64,000 nucleotides of DNA from Pseudomonadota bacterium. GTDB taxonomy: Bacteria > Bdellovibrionota_C > UBA2361 > OMII01. Of the stretch, positions 30,683 to 40,740 are shown piece by piece. The stretch covers positions 70,887 to 134,886 of the forward strand of contig JAYPVM010000002.1 of the NCBI GenBank assembly GCA_038134595.1, in the 5' to 3' direction. The notes under the pieces are model-generated. The model made no database searches. It worked only from the letters and a program-made list of their open reading frames with translations, and was not told where the DNA came from. The stretch's first letter is position 1; each line of letters starts with the position of its first letter. The position numbers and the translations under genes are program-made.

Positions 30683-32816
30683 TATTTCCCTCACTTATTT
30701 TCGACAACACCTGTCGTCTCGCGTCATATTTGAAGATGGTTTGACAGGAATTATCGGCACCAATGGCTCCGGAAAGACAACGCTCGTTGAGGCTATTGGA
30801 TTTGCTTTGTTTGGTTCTCGGGCATTACGGGGTCGCGTGGAGGATGTCAGGAGTAGGGGAGCTCCACGCGCTTCGAAGAGGGGTGGAAAAGATACAAACA
30901 CTTCCGTTGAGCTTGTAGTTGAGCATGAGGCGATGACGTTTAGGATCGTTCGAACGCTGTCTAATGCCAGTCTCTATGTAGGTGGTGAATCGAAGCCTAT
31001 CGTTGAGGGAACCCGAGAGGTGACGAGCAAGGTGAGCGCGATAATCGGCATGTCTTACGAGGAGTTTGTCGCCACCTATTGTACGGAGCAAAAAGGGCTC
31101 GAATTTTTAAGTGGCCAGAAGGGAGCAACTGAGCGAGAGAAGTTTGTCATGCGGATGATGGGCTACGATCGTCTCGAGGAGCTCCAAGGAATTGTTCGAG
31201 GAGATAGGAAGGAGAAGCGGGCGATACTTCAGGGGTATGATGTAAGTGCTGGTTGCCGAGAGGAACTAGTAGTTCAGTTGCACCATGAGCAATCACTCCT
31301 TCAATCTGTCACAGCAAAGCACGACGAGGCCAAGCAGACACTGGAAAAGGCAGAGAGTGATTTTGCGATAAGACACGAGCGCATGAGCTCTGTCGAGGAT
31401 GCAAGGACGTTATTTATTAAAGAGCGTGAGCATATACGCACGGTAGAGGTCAGGTTAGAGGAGCGCCGAAAACGAGTAGCCATGCTTGATGAAGCTCTAA
31501 AACAAGAACAAGTAGAGTTGCTGCACGTGCAAACGCCTCTCATTGGAGATCGAGAAATAGGCGAATGCATCGAGGAGTTGCAAGGAGAAATAACCACTGT
31601 CCGAGCATTGGTAGATGACCTGCGGGGCACTGCGCGACAGCTCGAATTGGATTGGCGGGAAACCGTATCTGGTATTCGGGCCCGAAAAGAGGCTCTTTTG
31701 GAGCAGAGGGAGCAGGTTGTTGCAAGGACACAACGAGTTGACGAACTAGATATTGATGGTGTGTGTCCAACGTGTCTGCAGCCACTAGAAGAGGACCTAG
31801 AGGCAGTTCAAAAGCACTGGGAGGACGAGGCTAATGAGATTACAGCTCGTATCGAGTGCCTTGAGGCAAGCTTACGAAGCGAACAAGAGCCACCCGAGGC
31901 ATTCTCGGATGCCAATCGTCAGCTTAAGGAAAAGCTTTCTAGTCTTGAGTGCTTGGAGCAACGGCGTGCGGAGCTTGAGCGGTGCCATACTAGAGAACAG
32001 AAGATACAGGCATTAATCGCAGAGCAAGAAGAGATACGTCGAGATATCCAATTTGCAAATGAGAGTCTCGTACAGGCCACGGACCGTCTGAAAAAATCTA
32101 ATTTTCGGGAAGATGAATACGCCACTGAAAAGGGGGCGCATGACGCCGCCCAGAGGCTCGTAGAAGTTGCACGCCTTCAACGAGTTCGGTTTGAAGGAGA
32201 GGTTAATACACAGGCGGCGTTAGTTGCCCGCTCGAAAGCAGATGTTGACAAGTTTGATGAGCGAGAAGCTCTGGTGGCGTCTATCAGACATGAGCTTCGT
32301 GTTATAGATGAAATTGATCTCATCGTTACCGACTTTAGAAAGTGGGTTAACACCACCGTTAGGCCGCGGATGGCGGAGCTTGCGAGTGAATACCTAAGTG
32401 ACTTAACTGATGGTCGCTACACAGCAGTTGAATTGGCAGATGATTTCACTCCTACCGTAATTGAAGATGGTGAAGCAAAGAGCGTTATTAGTGGGGGCGA
32501 AGAGGATATCTTAAATCTTTGCATGCGGATAGCGTTATCGCACATGCTAGCCGAGAGAGCAGGGCAGCGTTTTTCTCTTTTGATGCTCGATGAGGTTTTC
32601 GGATCTTTGGATGAAGGCCGTCGAAGCAATGTGCTTGCACTACTAGAAAAGCTCAGACAACGCTTTGAGCAGATTATAATCATCACTCATTTAGATGATG
32701 TAAAAGATGGGGTGCAACACCTCGTGCAGGTAGAGTACGACGAGGCAAATGGATGTGCTGTGATAGTCAGCGATGAAGCTATCTATGGGGATGAAGAAGT
32801 TGCGATAAATTTGTAA
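30669..32816 (+). CDS. sbcC: SbcC/Rad50 family SMC-like ATPase
   Basis: Walker A GTNGSGKT, coiled coil with CPTC hook, ISGGE signature, LMLDE, ITH; ATG 30669 with GGAGG SD. Confidence 0.92.
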   Translation: MKLRSISLTYFRQHLSSRVIFEDGLTGIIGTNGSGKTTLVEAIGFALFGSRALRGRVEDVRSRGAPRASKRGGKDTNTSVELVVEHEAMTFRIVRTLSNASLYVGGESKPIVEGTREVTSKVSAIIGMSYEEFVATYCTEQKGLEFLSGQKGATEREKFVMRMMGYDRLEELQGIVRGDRKEKRAILQGYDVSAGCREELVVQLHHEQSLLQSVTAKHDEAKQTLEKAESDFAIRHERMSSVEDARTLFIKEREHIRTVEVRLEERRKRVAMLDEALKQEQVELLHVQTPLIGDREIGECIEELQGEITTVRALVDDLRGTARQLELDWRETVSGIRARKEALLEQREQVVARTQRVDELDIDGVCPTCLQPLEEDLEAVQKHWEDEANEITARIECLEASLRSEQEPPEAFSDANRQLKEKLSSLECLEQRRAELERCHTREQKIQALIAEQEEIRRDIQFANESLVQATDRLKKSNFREDEYATEKGAHDAAQRLVEVARLQRVRFEGEVNTQAALVARSKADVDKFDEREALVASIRHELRVIDEIDLIVTDFRKWVNTTVRPRMAELASEYLSDLTDGRYTAVELADDFTPTVIEDGEAKSVISGGEEDILNLCMRIALSHMLAERAGQRFSLLMLDEVFGSLDEGRRSNVLALLEKLRQRFEQIIIITHLDDVKDGVQHLVQVEYDEANGCAVIVSDEAIYGDEEVAINL

Positions 32817-32847
32817 TGAGGTAAACGTTTGTAAATGGGAATTTGTC

Positions 32848-33216
32848 ATGAGTAGCGAGTCTAGTGCCGAAGAGAGGGAAACGATTTTTTCAAAGATAAT
32901 TCGTAAGGAGATACCAGCTGATATCGTTTATGAAGACGAGCGTGTTTTGGCGTTTAGAGATATTAATCCAGTAGCGCCGGTGCACATTCTAGTTATCCCA
33001 AAAGACACCATTGTAAATGTTGCTCATGCCAAAGAGGGGGACCGAGAGATTCTGGGAGAGCTTCTCTTGGTTGCAGGACAAATTGCGAGAGATGAGGGAT
33101 TAGAAGAGTCAGGGTATCGAATTGTTACTAATAACGGGCTCAACGCTGGTCAGACAGTTTTTCATCTCCATTTACACCTGATAGGAGGAAGGCCTTTGGA
33201 TTGGCCTCCGGGATAA
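32848..33216 (+). CDS. Histidine triad nucleotide-binding protein (HINT)
   Basis: TIFSKII, AFRDINPVAPVHILVIPK, GQTVFHLHLH, WPPG. Confidence 0.96.
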   Translation: MSSESSAEERETIFSKIIRKEIPADIVYEDERVLAFRDINPVAPVHILVIPKDTIVNVAHAKEGDREILGELLLVAGQIARDEGLEESGYRIVTNNGLNAGQTVFHLHLHLIGGRPLDWPPG

Positions 33217-33836
33217 CGTATTGTTATTTCAGGTGGTTGGGCGATCGGCTTTCTCTCTAGTCCCTGCAAAAAATTCGTGAGCATCGCAGCAGCAACTTTG
33301 CCACACTTCGGCGCTGCCGAGGGTTATGTGGTTCTACCAATCCAATATCGAGTGCGGTGGGGTAGGGAGGTCATACGCCTTCTATAAACTTGGGAGAAAG
33401 GTTTTGTTAGTGGGTAGAGGTAGATGAAAGTCGCACTTTGATTGAGTTGTAATACTACGCTTCAATCAAGCACTCTACTTGTGTCGTAGATATACGGAGC
33501 CTGTTGAGCGTACAGCCTATTTTTAGACACCGAAATACTTACAAGTTCTACCAGTATAACCAAACGCCCCTTACGAAAACACCGTTTTACCCTATTTCTT
33601 CATTTCTCCCACTATCCTTGATTCTTGGATGGTGAGGCTAGTGCTGTTACCGGCTAGTCTTTTCACAATAAGCTTCCGTTACTGTCTATATCGAGCACAC
33701 AAAATGGAGATGCGGCAATCTAAACTTATGTAACAATACAAAAGATTCCAACGTCTACAGCAGTAAAATCGAGGTAGGCGATTGTGGCAACTGAAGTCCC
33801 AAAATAGAGAAAGAGTTAGAGTGTGTGAGGACGTGT

Positions 33837-34628
33837 ATGAATTCTGAAACTGTACCGAGTGTGGCCTCGAAAAAGAACAACGAGCTTTTGACGATCTACA
33901 TAAATAGGCCTGAGAGTCTAAATGCCCTTAACCCGGATGTTTTGCAAAGTCTTTTAAGGGAGATTCAGCAGGTAGACCGAGACCCTTCAATCCGTGTCGT
34001 TGTAATCAGGGGTAGTGGTGACAAAGCGTTTGTGGCAGGGGCTGATATTCGTTCGATGGCTAATCTTGGAGGGCCAGCCATTGCAGAATACGTCGAGCTC
34101 GGTCAGCGAACACTTCGCGCCATTGAGCAGTGCCGGGTGCCGGTAATCGCGGCGGTGCATGGTTTTGCTCTTGGAGGTGGATTAGAGCTTGCGCTCGCCT
34201 GCGACATTATTGTTTGCGGCGAGAGCGCAAAGGTGGGCCAGCCTGAGGTAAGTCTCGGCATAATCCCAGGATTTGGTGGCACACAACGTCTTATTCAGCG
34301 GTGTGGTATTGGGCGGGCTCGTAGGCTCTGCTACACAGCTGAGTTAATCTCGGCACAAGAGGCGTATGATTTAGGGATAATCGATAAAGTCGTAAGTGAT
34401 GAGGGTTTCAACGACTCTGTTCAAGAGTTGGTAAGCCAGATTGCATCGAAGGCACCGCTAGCTGTTCAGGGGACAAAGCGGGTGATGCTCCGGTCGCAAG
34501 AGCAGGCACTGTTGGCGGGGTTGCAATTAGAGGTTGAAGAGTTCTTGAGATTGTTTAGCAGTGCTGATCGAGAAGAGGGGATGACAGCCTTTCTAGAGAA
34601 GCGAAAGGCTACCTTTACTGGGCGATAG
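33837..34628 (+). CDS. Enoyl-CoA hydratase (crotonase)
   Basis: NRPESLNAL, AFVAGADI, GFALGGGLE, GQPEVSLGIIPGFGGTQRL. Confidence 0.93.
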   Translation: MNSETVPSVASKKNNELLTIYINRPESLNALNPDVLQSLLREIQQVDRDPSIRVVVIRGSGDKAFVAGADIRSMANLGGPAIAEYVELGQRTLRAIEQCRVPVIAAVHGFALGGGLELALACDIIVCGESAKVGQPEVSLGIIPGFGGTQRLIQRCGIGRARRLCYTAELISAQEAYDLGIIDKVVSDEGFNDSVQELVSQIASKAPLAVQGTKRVMLRSQEQALLAGLQLEVEEFLRLFSSADREEGMTAFLEKRKATFTGR

Positions 34629-34636
34629 GAGGATCT

Positions 34637-35797
34637 ATGGTGTGGAGAAATAGTGTGGCATTTGAGTTGTCGGAGGAAGAGAATTTCGCATGCGACACTG
34701 CTGCTTCGTTTGCGACAAAAGAAGTGGCCCCTTTGGCAGCAAAAATAGATCAGGAGCACTATTTTCCGAGAGAATTGTTGCCGAAAATGGGAGCTCTTGG
34801 GCTTATGGGAGCGATTGTACCGGCAGAGTATGGGGGATCTGGTCTCTCAACCTTAGCGTATGCGCTCATTATCGAGGAATTATCGGCTGCATGTGCCTCA
34901 ACAGGTATCATTGTGAGTGCTCATACGTCTCTCTGTATTACACCGATTCTTGATTATGGCACAGAAGATCAGAAGAAATATTTCCTCTCGAAGCTTGCCA
35001 CGGGAAATGCGCTGGGCTGCTTCGCACTCTCTGAGCCGGGAACGGGCAGTGATGCTGCTGCCATCACTACCACATATCGTAAAGATGGAGATGAGTACGT
35101 CCTCTCGGGAACCAAAAATTGGATCACAAATGGACCTGAAGCGGATGTGTGTGTTGTCTTCGCTACAAGCGATACATCAAAAGGAAACAAAGGGATTACC
35201 GCATTTGTGCATGACATGAATGTGAAGGGGATTTCGTGCGGTAAAAAGGAAGATAAAATGGGCATCCGCGGCTCACCGACTTCGAGTATTATGTACGATG
35301 AGGTTCGGTTGCCAAAAACGGCTTTATTGGGCGATGAAAACAGGGGGTTCGTTGTTGCCATGACCACGCTCAATGGTGGTCGCATCGGAGTTGCTTCTCA
35401 GGCCGTTGGTATCGCCCGAGCGGCGTTGGATGATAGCTTGCAATATGCGCAAGAACGAAAAGCGTTCGGTAAAACTATTTGTGATCATCAGTCGATACAG
35501 AATTACTTTGCGGATATGGTGTGTCGCATAGATAGTGCACGGTACTTAACGCTTGATGCGGCAAAACGGAAAGATAAAAAGCAACAATACATTCGACAAG
35601 CAGCGATGGCAAAACTCTATGCTTCAGAAACAGCCATGATGTGCGCTAATAAGGGTATTCAGATTCACGGTGGATACGGTTTTGTGACTGATTATCCCGC
35701 CGAAAGGCATCTTAGAGATGCCAAAATAACCGAGATTTACGAGGGAACAAGCGAGATTCAACGAATACTGATAGCGACACAGCTCCTGAAAGAGTAG
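34637..35797 (+). CDS. Short-chain (butyryl-CoA-type) acyl-CoA dehydrogenase
   Basis: FALSEPGTGSD, GTKNWITNG, GGRIGVASQA, IHGGYG, IYEGTSEIQR. Confidence 0.95.
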   Translation: MVWRNSVAFELSEEENFACDTAASFATKEVAPLAAKIDQEHYFPRELLPKMGALGLMGAIVPAEYGGSGLSTLAYALIIEELSAACASTGIIVSAHTSLCITPILDYGTEDQKKYFLSKLATGNALGCFALSEPGTGSDAAAITTTYRKDGDEYVLSGTKNWITNGPEADVCVVFATSDTSKGNKGITAFVHDMNVKGISCGKKEDKMGIRGSPTSSIMYDEVRLPKTALLGDENRGFVVAMTTLNGGRIGVASQAVGIARAALDDSLQYAQERKAFGKTICDHQSIQNYFADMVCRIDSARYLTLDAAKRKDKKQQYIRQAAMAKLYASETAMMCANKGIQIHGGYGFVTDYPAERHLRDAKITEIYEGTSEIQRILIATQLLKE

Positions 35798-35837
35798 TAT
35801 ACTATAGGGAGAGTATCCAAGCTCAGAAGGTAGTTGG

Positions 35838-37505
35838 ATGAAGAAAAAAAACGCACACAATCACAAGAGTAGCTCATATGCTCAATGGAAGGAGACAAGG
35901 CATGCTTCGCAGAAGGAGCGAAAGGAATCGTTTGCCTCGATAAGCTTTCGAGAGCAACCTGAGCTCGTTACCGCTGAAAATGGAGGGAGTGTCGATCTGG
36001 ACACTGATCTCGGTTATCCGGGTGAGTATCCTTTCACCCGGGGCGTTCAGCCTACAATGTACCGAGGTCGCCTCTGGACGATGCGCCAGTTTGCCGGGTT
36101 TGGGAGCCCGGAAGATACCAATAAACGATTTAAGTATTTGCTAGAACATGGGCAGACCGGCTTGTCGACCGCATTTGATATGCCGTGCCTGATGGGGTAC
36201 GACCCAGATCATCCGCGCTCGTTAGGAGAAGTGGGACGTGAGGGGGTAAGTGTAGCTACTATTGAGGATATGGATGTCCTCTTTGACGGTATCGCCTTAG
36301 ATAAAGTCACCACCTCGATGACTATTAACTGTACGGCTACGGTTGCATTTGCCATGTATTTTGCGGTGGCAAAGCGACGTGGAATCGATTTTAATGCAAT
36401 CGGCGGCACTATCCAAAATGATATGCTCAAAGAGTTCATCGCTCAGAAAGAGTGGATCTCTCCTCCAAATCCGTCAGTGAAGCTAGTTTGTGATGTAATA
36501 GAATTCTGTGCGCAATCAGCCCCCCGATTTAATCCGGTGAGTATCAGTGGGTATCACATTCGAGAGGCGGGAGCTACGGCGGTCCAAGAGCTTGCGTTTA
36601 CCATAGCAGATGGCCTTGCATACGTTGAGCATTGCCTATCGCGAGGGATGCAGATTGATGAGTTTGCGCCCCGTCTATCCTTCTTTTTTGACGTGCACAA
36701 TGATTTTTTCGAAGAGGTAGCGAAATTTCGGGCGGCGCGGAGATTGTGGGCACGCCTCATGCGAGAGCGTTATGGGGCACAGAGTGATGCATCGTGTAAG
36801 CTTCGTACGCACGCGCAAACTGCCGGTGTGAGTCTGACGGCGCAACAGCCTGTAAATAATGTGGCTCGGGTGGCTCTACAGGCTCTAGCGGCAGTTCTTG
36901 GTGGAGTGCAATCACTCCATACAAATAGTATGGACGAGACGTTGTCGCTACCTACAGAGGATGCTGTGCGAGTTGCTTTAAGGACACAGCAGATTATCGC
37001 TGAAGAGAGTGGTGTCACCAACGTTGTCGATCCTCTAGGTGGCTCGTATTATATTGAGCGGCTCACTAATGAAATTGAACAGGAGGCACGCGCATATATT
37101 GAGCAAATAGATGCTATGGGGGGAATGTTGTCAGCAGTAGAGCTAGGATTTCCTCAAAAAGAGATCTCTGAATCTGCATATCAATTTCAACTTCAGGTTG
37201 ACGAAAAGCAACAATCAATTGTTGGGGTGAACGTCTATAAAGAAGGTGGTGAGCAAGAGATTCCGACGCTAAAAATTGATCACACGGCGGAGGAGAGGCA
37301 GGTGCAGAAGGTCAAGGAGTTTAAAGCTAGTAGGGATCCGGCAAAACACGCGAATTCGCTCAAAGAAGTAGAGCGGGCTTGTGTTGAAAATCGTAATGTT
37401 GTTCCGGTTTTAATTGATGCGGTAGGTGAAGGGGTGACCTTAGGAGAGGTTTCCGATATATACCGTAAGGTGTTTGGTGTATACTCAGATCCAGGTATGT
37501 TATGA
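35838..37505 (+). CDS. icmA: B12-dependent acyl-CoA mutase large subunit, isobutyryl-CoA mutase-type
   Basis: [16 protein letters not shown] (Phe at the MCM Tyr89 position), KEFIAQKEW (Gln at the MCM Arg207 position), [17 protein letters not shown]. Confidence 0.8.
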   Translation: MKKKNAHNHKSSSYAQWKETRHASQKERKESFASISFREQPELVTAENGGSVDLDTDLGYPGEYPFTRGVQPTMYRGRLWTMRQFAGFGSPEDTNKRFKYLLEHGQTGLSTAFDMPCLMGYDPDHPRSLGEVGREGVSVATIEDMDVLFDGIALDKVTTSMTINCTATVAFAMYFAVAKRRGIDFNAIGGTIQNDMLKEFIAQKEWISPPNPSVKLVCDVIEFCAQSAPRFNPVSISGYHIREAGATAVQELAFTIADGLAYVEHCLSRGMQIDEFAPRLSFFFDVHNDFFEEVAKFRAARRLWARLMRERYGAQSDASCKLRTHAQTAGVSLTAQQPVNNVARVALQALAAVLGGVQSLHTNSMDETLSLPTEDAVRVALRTQQIIAEESGVTNVVDPLGGSYYIERLTNEIEQEARAYIEQIDAMGGMLSAVELGFPQKEISESAYQFQLQVDEKQQSIVGVNVYKEGGEQEIPTLKIDHTAEERQVQKVKEFKASRDPAKHANSLKEVERACVENRNVVPVLIDAVGEGVTLGEVSDIYRKVFGVYSDPGML

Positions 37506-37921
37506 CAAAGCCCGACGAAAAGAAGCGCCCGGTTCGCATATTGATTGCAAAGGCTGGGCTTGATGGTCACGATAGAGGTGCAAAAGTCATAGCTCGTGCT
37601 CTAAGAGATGCGGGGATGGAGGTGATATATACCGGATTGCATCAAACCACCGAAAATATAGTAAGTGCTGCAATTCAGGAAGATGTTGACTGTATCGGCC
37701 TTAGTATCCTGTCGGGTGCTCATATGACTTTATTCCCAGACCTATTAGGTAAGTTAAAAGAGCAAGGAGCAGAGGATATAGTTGTTTTTGGTGGGGGTAT
37801 TATCCCGAAAGATGACATAGCAGCTTTGAAGAGCGAGGGGGTCAAAGAAATCTTTATTCCTGGAACGCACACTAAGGAAGTCGTTTCCTGGATAAACTCA
37901 AATGTTCCTGTCCACGAGTAG
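37502..37921 (+). CDS. icmB: Cobalamin-binding small subunit of acyl-CoA mutase
   Basis: GLDGHDRG base-off motif, GLSILSG, GGIIP; ATGA overlap with the large subunit. Confidence 0.85.
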   Translation: MTKPDEKKRPVRILIAKAGLDGHDRGAKVIARALRDAGMEVIYTGLHQTTENIVSAAIQEDVDCIGLSILSGAHMTLFPDLLGKLKEQGAEDIVVFGGGIIPKDDIAALKSEGVKEIFIPGTHTKEVVSWINSNVPVHE

Positions 37922-37939
37922 GTCTCTCGTCACGTTGCT

Positions 37940-38491
37940 ATGAGCAAGGCCTTTACAAAAGAAGATGATAACGACTCTGCTCCAGACAGAGATTTGGATG
38001 CCAGTGTGCCAGGTGGCAAAAACTACATCACTCCGCATGGCGCGGCACGGTTGCGGGCAGAGCTAAAGAAACTTCGTTATGAGGAACGACCAGAAGTTAC
38101 AAAGGTCGTATCATGGGCGGCTGGTAACGGTGACCGTTCAGAAAACGGTGACTACCTGTATGGCAAACGTCGTCTACGGGAGATTGATAAACGGATGCGT
38201 TTTTTGGCGAAACGGCTTGAGAGCGCTGAGATAATAGACCCGACTGAAGTAACCGTATCTCACATTCAGTTTGGAGCAACCGTGACTGTTCGCTATGAGG
38301 ATGACACCGAGAGAGTTTATTCTATAGTCGGTGTCGATGAAGTAGATGTGGCCGCTGGGCGGATTAGTTGGATGTCACCCCTTGCTCGAGCGCTTATGAA
38401 GGCTACAGAGGATGACATAGTTGTATTCCATTCTCCGAAGGGCAAGCAGGAGGTGGAAATAGTTTCTATCCGATATGAGGAGATTTTGTAG
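37940..38491 (+). CDS. greB: Transcription elongation factor GreB
   Basis: NYITP, WAAGNGDRSENGDYLYGKRRLREIDKR, ISWMSPLARAL. Confidence 0.95.
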   Translation: MSKAFTKEDDNDSAPDRDLDASVPGGKNYITPHGAARLRAELKKLRYEERPEVTKVVSWAAGNGDRSENGDYLYGKRRLREIDKRMRFLAKRLESAEIIDPTEVTVSHIQFGATVTVRYEDDTERVYSIVGVDEVDVAAGRISWMSPLARALMKATEDDIVVFHSPKGKQEVEIVSIRYEEIL

Positions 38492-38557
38492 TGCCCGCTT
38501 CTATACTGCGTGGTGTTACTTGGACTAAGAGGTGCCACACGAAGTGGGAGTGATTTC

Positions 38558-38590
38558 CAGAGGAGCAAGGCTTTGTGCCTTGCTCCTCTG
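38558..38590. terminator. Perfect 14-bp hairpin between convergent greB and sigma genes
   Basis: CAGAGGAGCAAGGC-TTTGT-GCCTTGCTCCTCTG; no strong T tract. Confidence 0.65.
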
Positions 38591-38622
38591 TCATCAACTT
38601 GTGTAGTTAGAAATTTAGTGCT

Positions 38623-39276
38623 TTATGATGCAACTGCGGCGTCCGCACTGTCATCGTTTTTCGGCGTATCAATTATTGCTTTATTGCCGGTGAAATCTTC
38701 ATAGTATCGTTGTAGTTTCTTTCGAAGCATTATTCGTGAGCGGTGTAATCTTGATTTAACCGCCGGAATAGATAGGTCTAAGATCTGTCCTGTCTCTTGG
38801 TTGGAGAGTCCGTCGACATCTCGTAGCACAAATACTGCGCGGTACTGGTCGGGCAACCTGTCAATTGCTCTTTGAAGAACATCCTGAAGTTCACGCGTGA
38901 CGGCCATATTATGAGAGTGTGGTGAAGAGAACTCATCTCGCTCCATACAGTACTGTTTGACAGCCGGTGCAAGGTCCTCCATTGATATCGCTTGATTTTG
39001 TTTCTTCTTTCGAAGCTTCATGAATGCAGCGTTAACAACGATTCGGTACAACCAACTTGAAAATGCGGACTGGCCCCGAAAACCCTCTATCTTTCGGTAT
39101 ACGGTTGTGAAAACGTCTTGGAGTACCTCTTCGGCATCTTCTTGGTTTCGGGTAAATCGGAGAGCAAGATTCATTGCTTTTGTTTCATACCTAGCAACGA
39201 TTTCTTCGAATGCCGCGATGTCGCCTGACTTAAATGAATTTACCAATTCAACATCTGAAATATTCTTCTCGTTCAT
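38623..39276 (-). CDS. ECF (RpoE-like) sigma-70 factor
   Basis: Region 2 DAEEVLQDVF...FSSWLYRIVVN; region 4 LPDQYRAVFVLRDVDGLS...VKSRLHR. Confidence 0.93.
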   Translation of the reverse strand: MNEKNISDVELVNSFKSGDIAAFEEIVARYETKAMNLALRFTRNQEDAEEVLQDVFTTVYRKIEGFRGQSAFSSWLYRIVVNAAFMKLRKKKQNQAISMEDLAPAVKQYCMERDEFSSPHSHNMAVTRELQDVLQRAIDRLPDQYRAVFVLRDVDGLSNQETGQILDLSIPAVKSRLHRSRIMLRKKLQRYYEDFTGNKAIIDTPKNDDSADAAVAS

Positions 39277-39636
39277 AACTACTTTCCTTCAATTTCTTTT
39301 CTACACAAGTTTGATTGAGTACCTCTCAATCACGTGGCTTGAGTTTTCTCATAGTCGAAGGTGTGAGTTGTCACAGGCTCGGGGCAAAGCTGTAAAAAGT
39401 TTGTACCAAGTTGTGCCGGAAATAGAGAAAAGAGTGCTAAGACATTGAAAGTACGAGATATATCCGTCCATCTTTTACCAATAATACAATAAAAAAATCG
39501 AGATTTTCTTTGAGAATGTGTGCTTTTTCTTCGAAAGAACCGGTTTGGAGCCAAGAATGTGGCGAAATATCTGCGACTATTCGCTGATTCTGTCGAGATA
39601 GCTAGGAGTTGGTGTGGCTTTGAAGAGCAATGGCTG

Positions 39637-40035
39637 TTAGGCGATATTCGCGATCGTTTGAGGACTTTCTTTCCTTGCTTCTCTGATCTGATTCTGACTG
39701 GTTAGAAACACGACAGTTGGAGTGTGAGTGCGAGCTTGTTCTAGGGGTAGGTAGCCAAAGGAGGCTATAATTATCGTGTCGCCCGGAGTAACTAGGTGCG
39801 CAGCAGCACCGTTTACATGGTATTCACAACTATTTGCCTCTCCTTCGAGGATGTAGGTTTCAAAGCGAGAGCCAGTTGTAACATTCCATACGCACACTGC
39901 CTCGCCAGGAAGTAAACTACAGGTTTGAAGCATATCGGTTGGAATAGTGATGCTCCCTTCGTAGTCAATGTTGGCGTCTGTAACACGGGCGCCATGAATC
40001 TTGGCCAACAGCATTTTCTTTAGCGGGTAGTCCAT
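39637..40035 (-). CDS. panD: Aspartate 1-decarboxylase
   Basis: MLLAKIH, YEG|SITI self-cleavage site, GSRFETY, NGAAAH. Confidence 0.95.
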   Translation of the reverse strand: MDYPLKKMLLAKIHGARVTDANIDYEGSITIPTDMLQTCSLLPGEAVCVWNVTTGSRFETYILEGEANSCEYHVNGAAAHLVTPGDTIIIASFGYLPLEQARTHTPTVVFLTSQNQIREARKESPQTIANIA

Positions 40036-40138
40036 GTGAGAACGCTATCCTGAACAACGGCGGATAGTCAATCCCAGCGAGAGGGGGTATCCGGTGTCGG
40101 ACATAACTAGTCAAAACAACAAGATTGCGGGGGTGTTG

Positions 40139-40552
40139 CTATTGGCTAACGGTGGAATTTCTGCGGCGAAATACGTCTTCAATCTTACGTTCGAGTAGAC
40201 CCATGCTGATGGGTTTGGCTAGGTAATCGTCGACTCCAAGTGTTAGTGCGCAGTCAATGGATGGGGCATCTCTTAAAGAGCTGACCATGATAAAGGGTAT
40301 GTGTGCTGATTCACGTTTGTTGCGTATTTCGTGAAGAAGTTCAGTTCCAGACATTCCATCCATAACCTGATCGCTAATAATTAGGTCTACGGCTGAGTTG
40401 TTCATTTGCTGTAGCGCGTCATAGGCATTGCGAGCTAGAGATATGTTCTCAAAACCTATATTTAGGAGCATGTCCCGAAGAAGCGCGCGAGTTGAAGCCA
40501 TGTCATCAATAATTAGCACGTGGTTATTGCGATGCTCGCCATGAATAGTCAT
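40139..40552 (-). CDS. Single-domain CheY-like response regulator
   Basis: LIIDD, IISDQVMDGMSG, IMVSS, AKP; GGAGG SD before ATG 40552. Confidence 0.9.
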   Translation of the reverse strand: MTIHGEHRNNHVLIIDDMASTRALLRDMLLNIGFENISLARNAYDALQQMNNSAVDLIISDQVMDGMSGTELLHEIRNKRESAHIPFIMVSSLRDAPSIDCALTLGVDDYLAKPISMGLLERKIEDVFRRRNSTVSQ

Positions 40553-40630
40553 GAAGCCTCCAAAGCAGTAGTTTAAAATCAATTCAACCCCTTACCGCAT
40601 ACTCGGGGTGGAGATCTCCTCCGTAAAGAA

Positions 40631-40660
40631 ATAAACGGCACAGGCGTGTTTAAACTTTAG
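40631..40660 (-). promoter_or_regulatory. Possible sigma-28 (FliA)-like promoter
   Basis: Minus strand CTAAAGTTT-N12-GCCGTTTA versus consensus TAAAGTTT-N11-GCCGATAA; upstream of the CheY-like gene. Confidence 0.35.
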
Positions 40661-40740
40661 GGGATTTTTGAGGGGCAAAATTCCTTACGGCAAGTTGCTA
40701 CGTCTTGTATCTACCGGTCAGCCGGATTAGTAGAGGCTAT

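Noticed and set aside
29522..32816. Possible anti-phage nuclease-ATPase system
   Set aside because: Motifs, zinc hook and gene order fit ordinary SbcD-SbcC; no defence-island context.
33217..33836. Cobalamin riboswitch upstream of the B12-dependent mutase operon
   Set aside because: Conserved B12-element motifs (GGGAA...GCCACTG...B12 box) not found.
39432..39440. GAGTGCTAA, the right half of a CIRCE/HrcA operator (also TTAGCACT near 53002)
   Set aside because: No matching other half at 9-bp spacing, and not near the chaperone genes.
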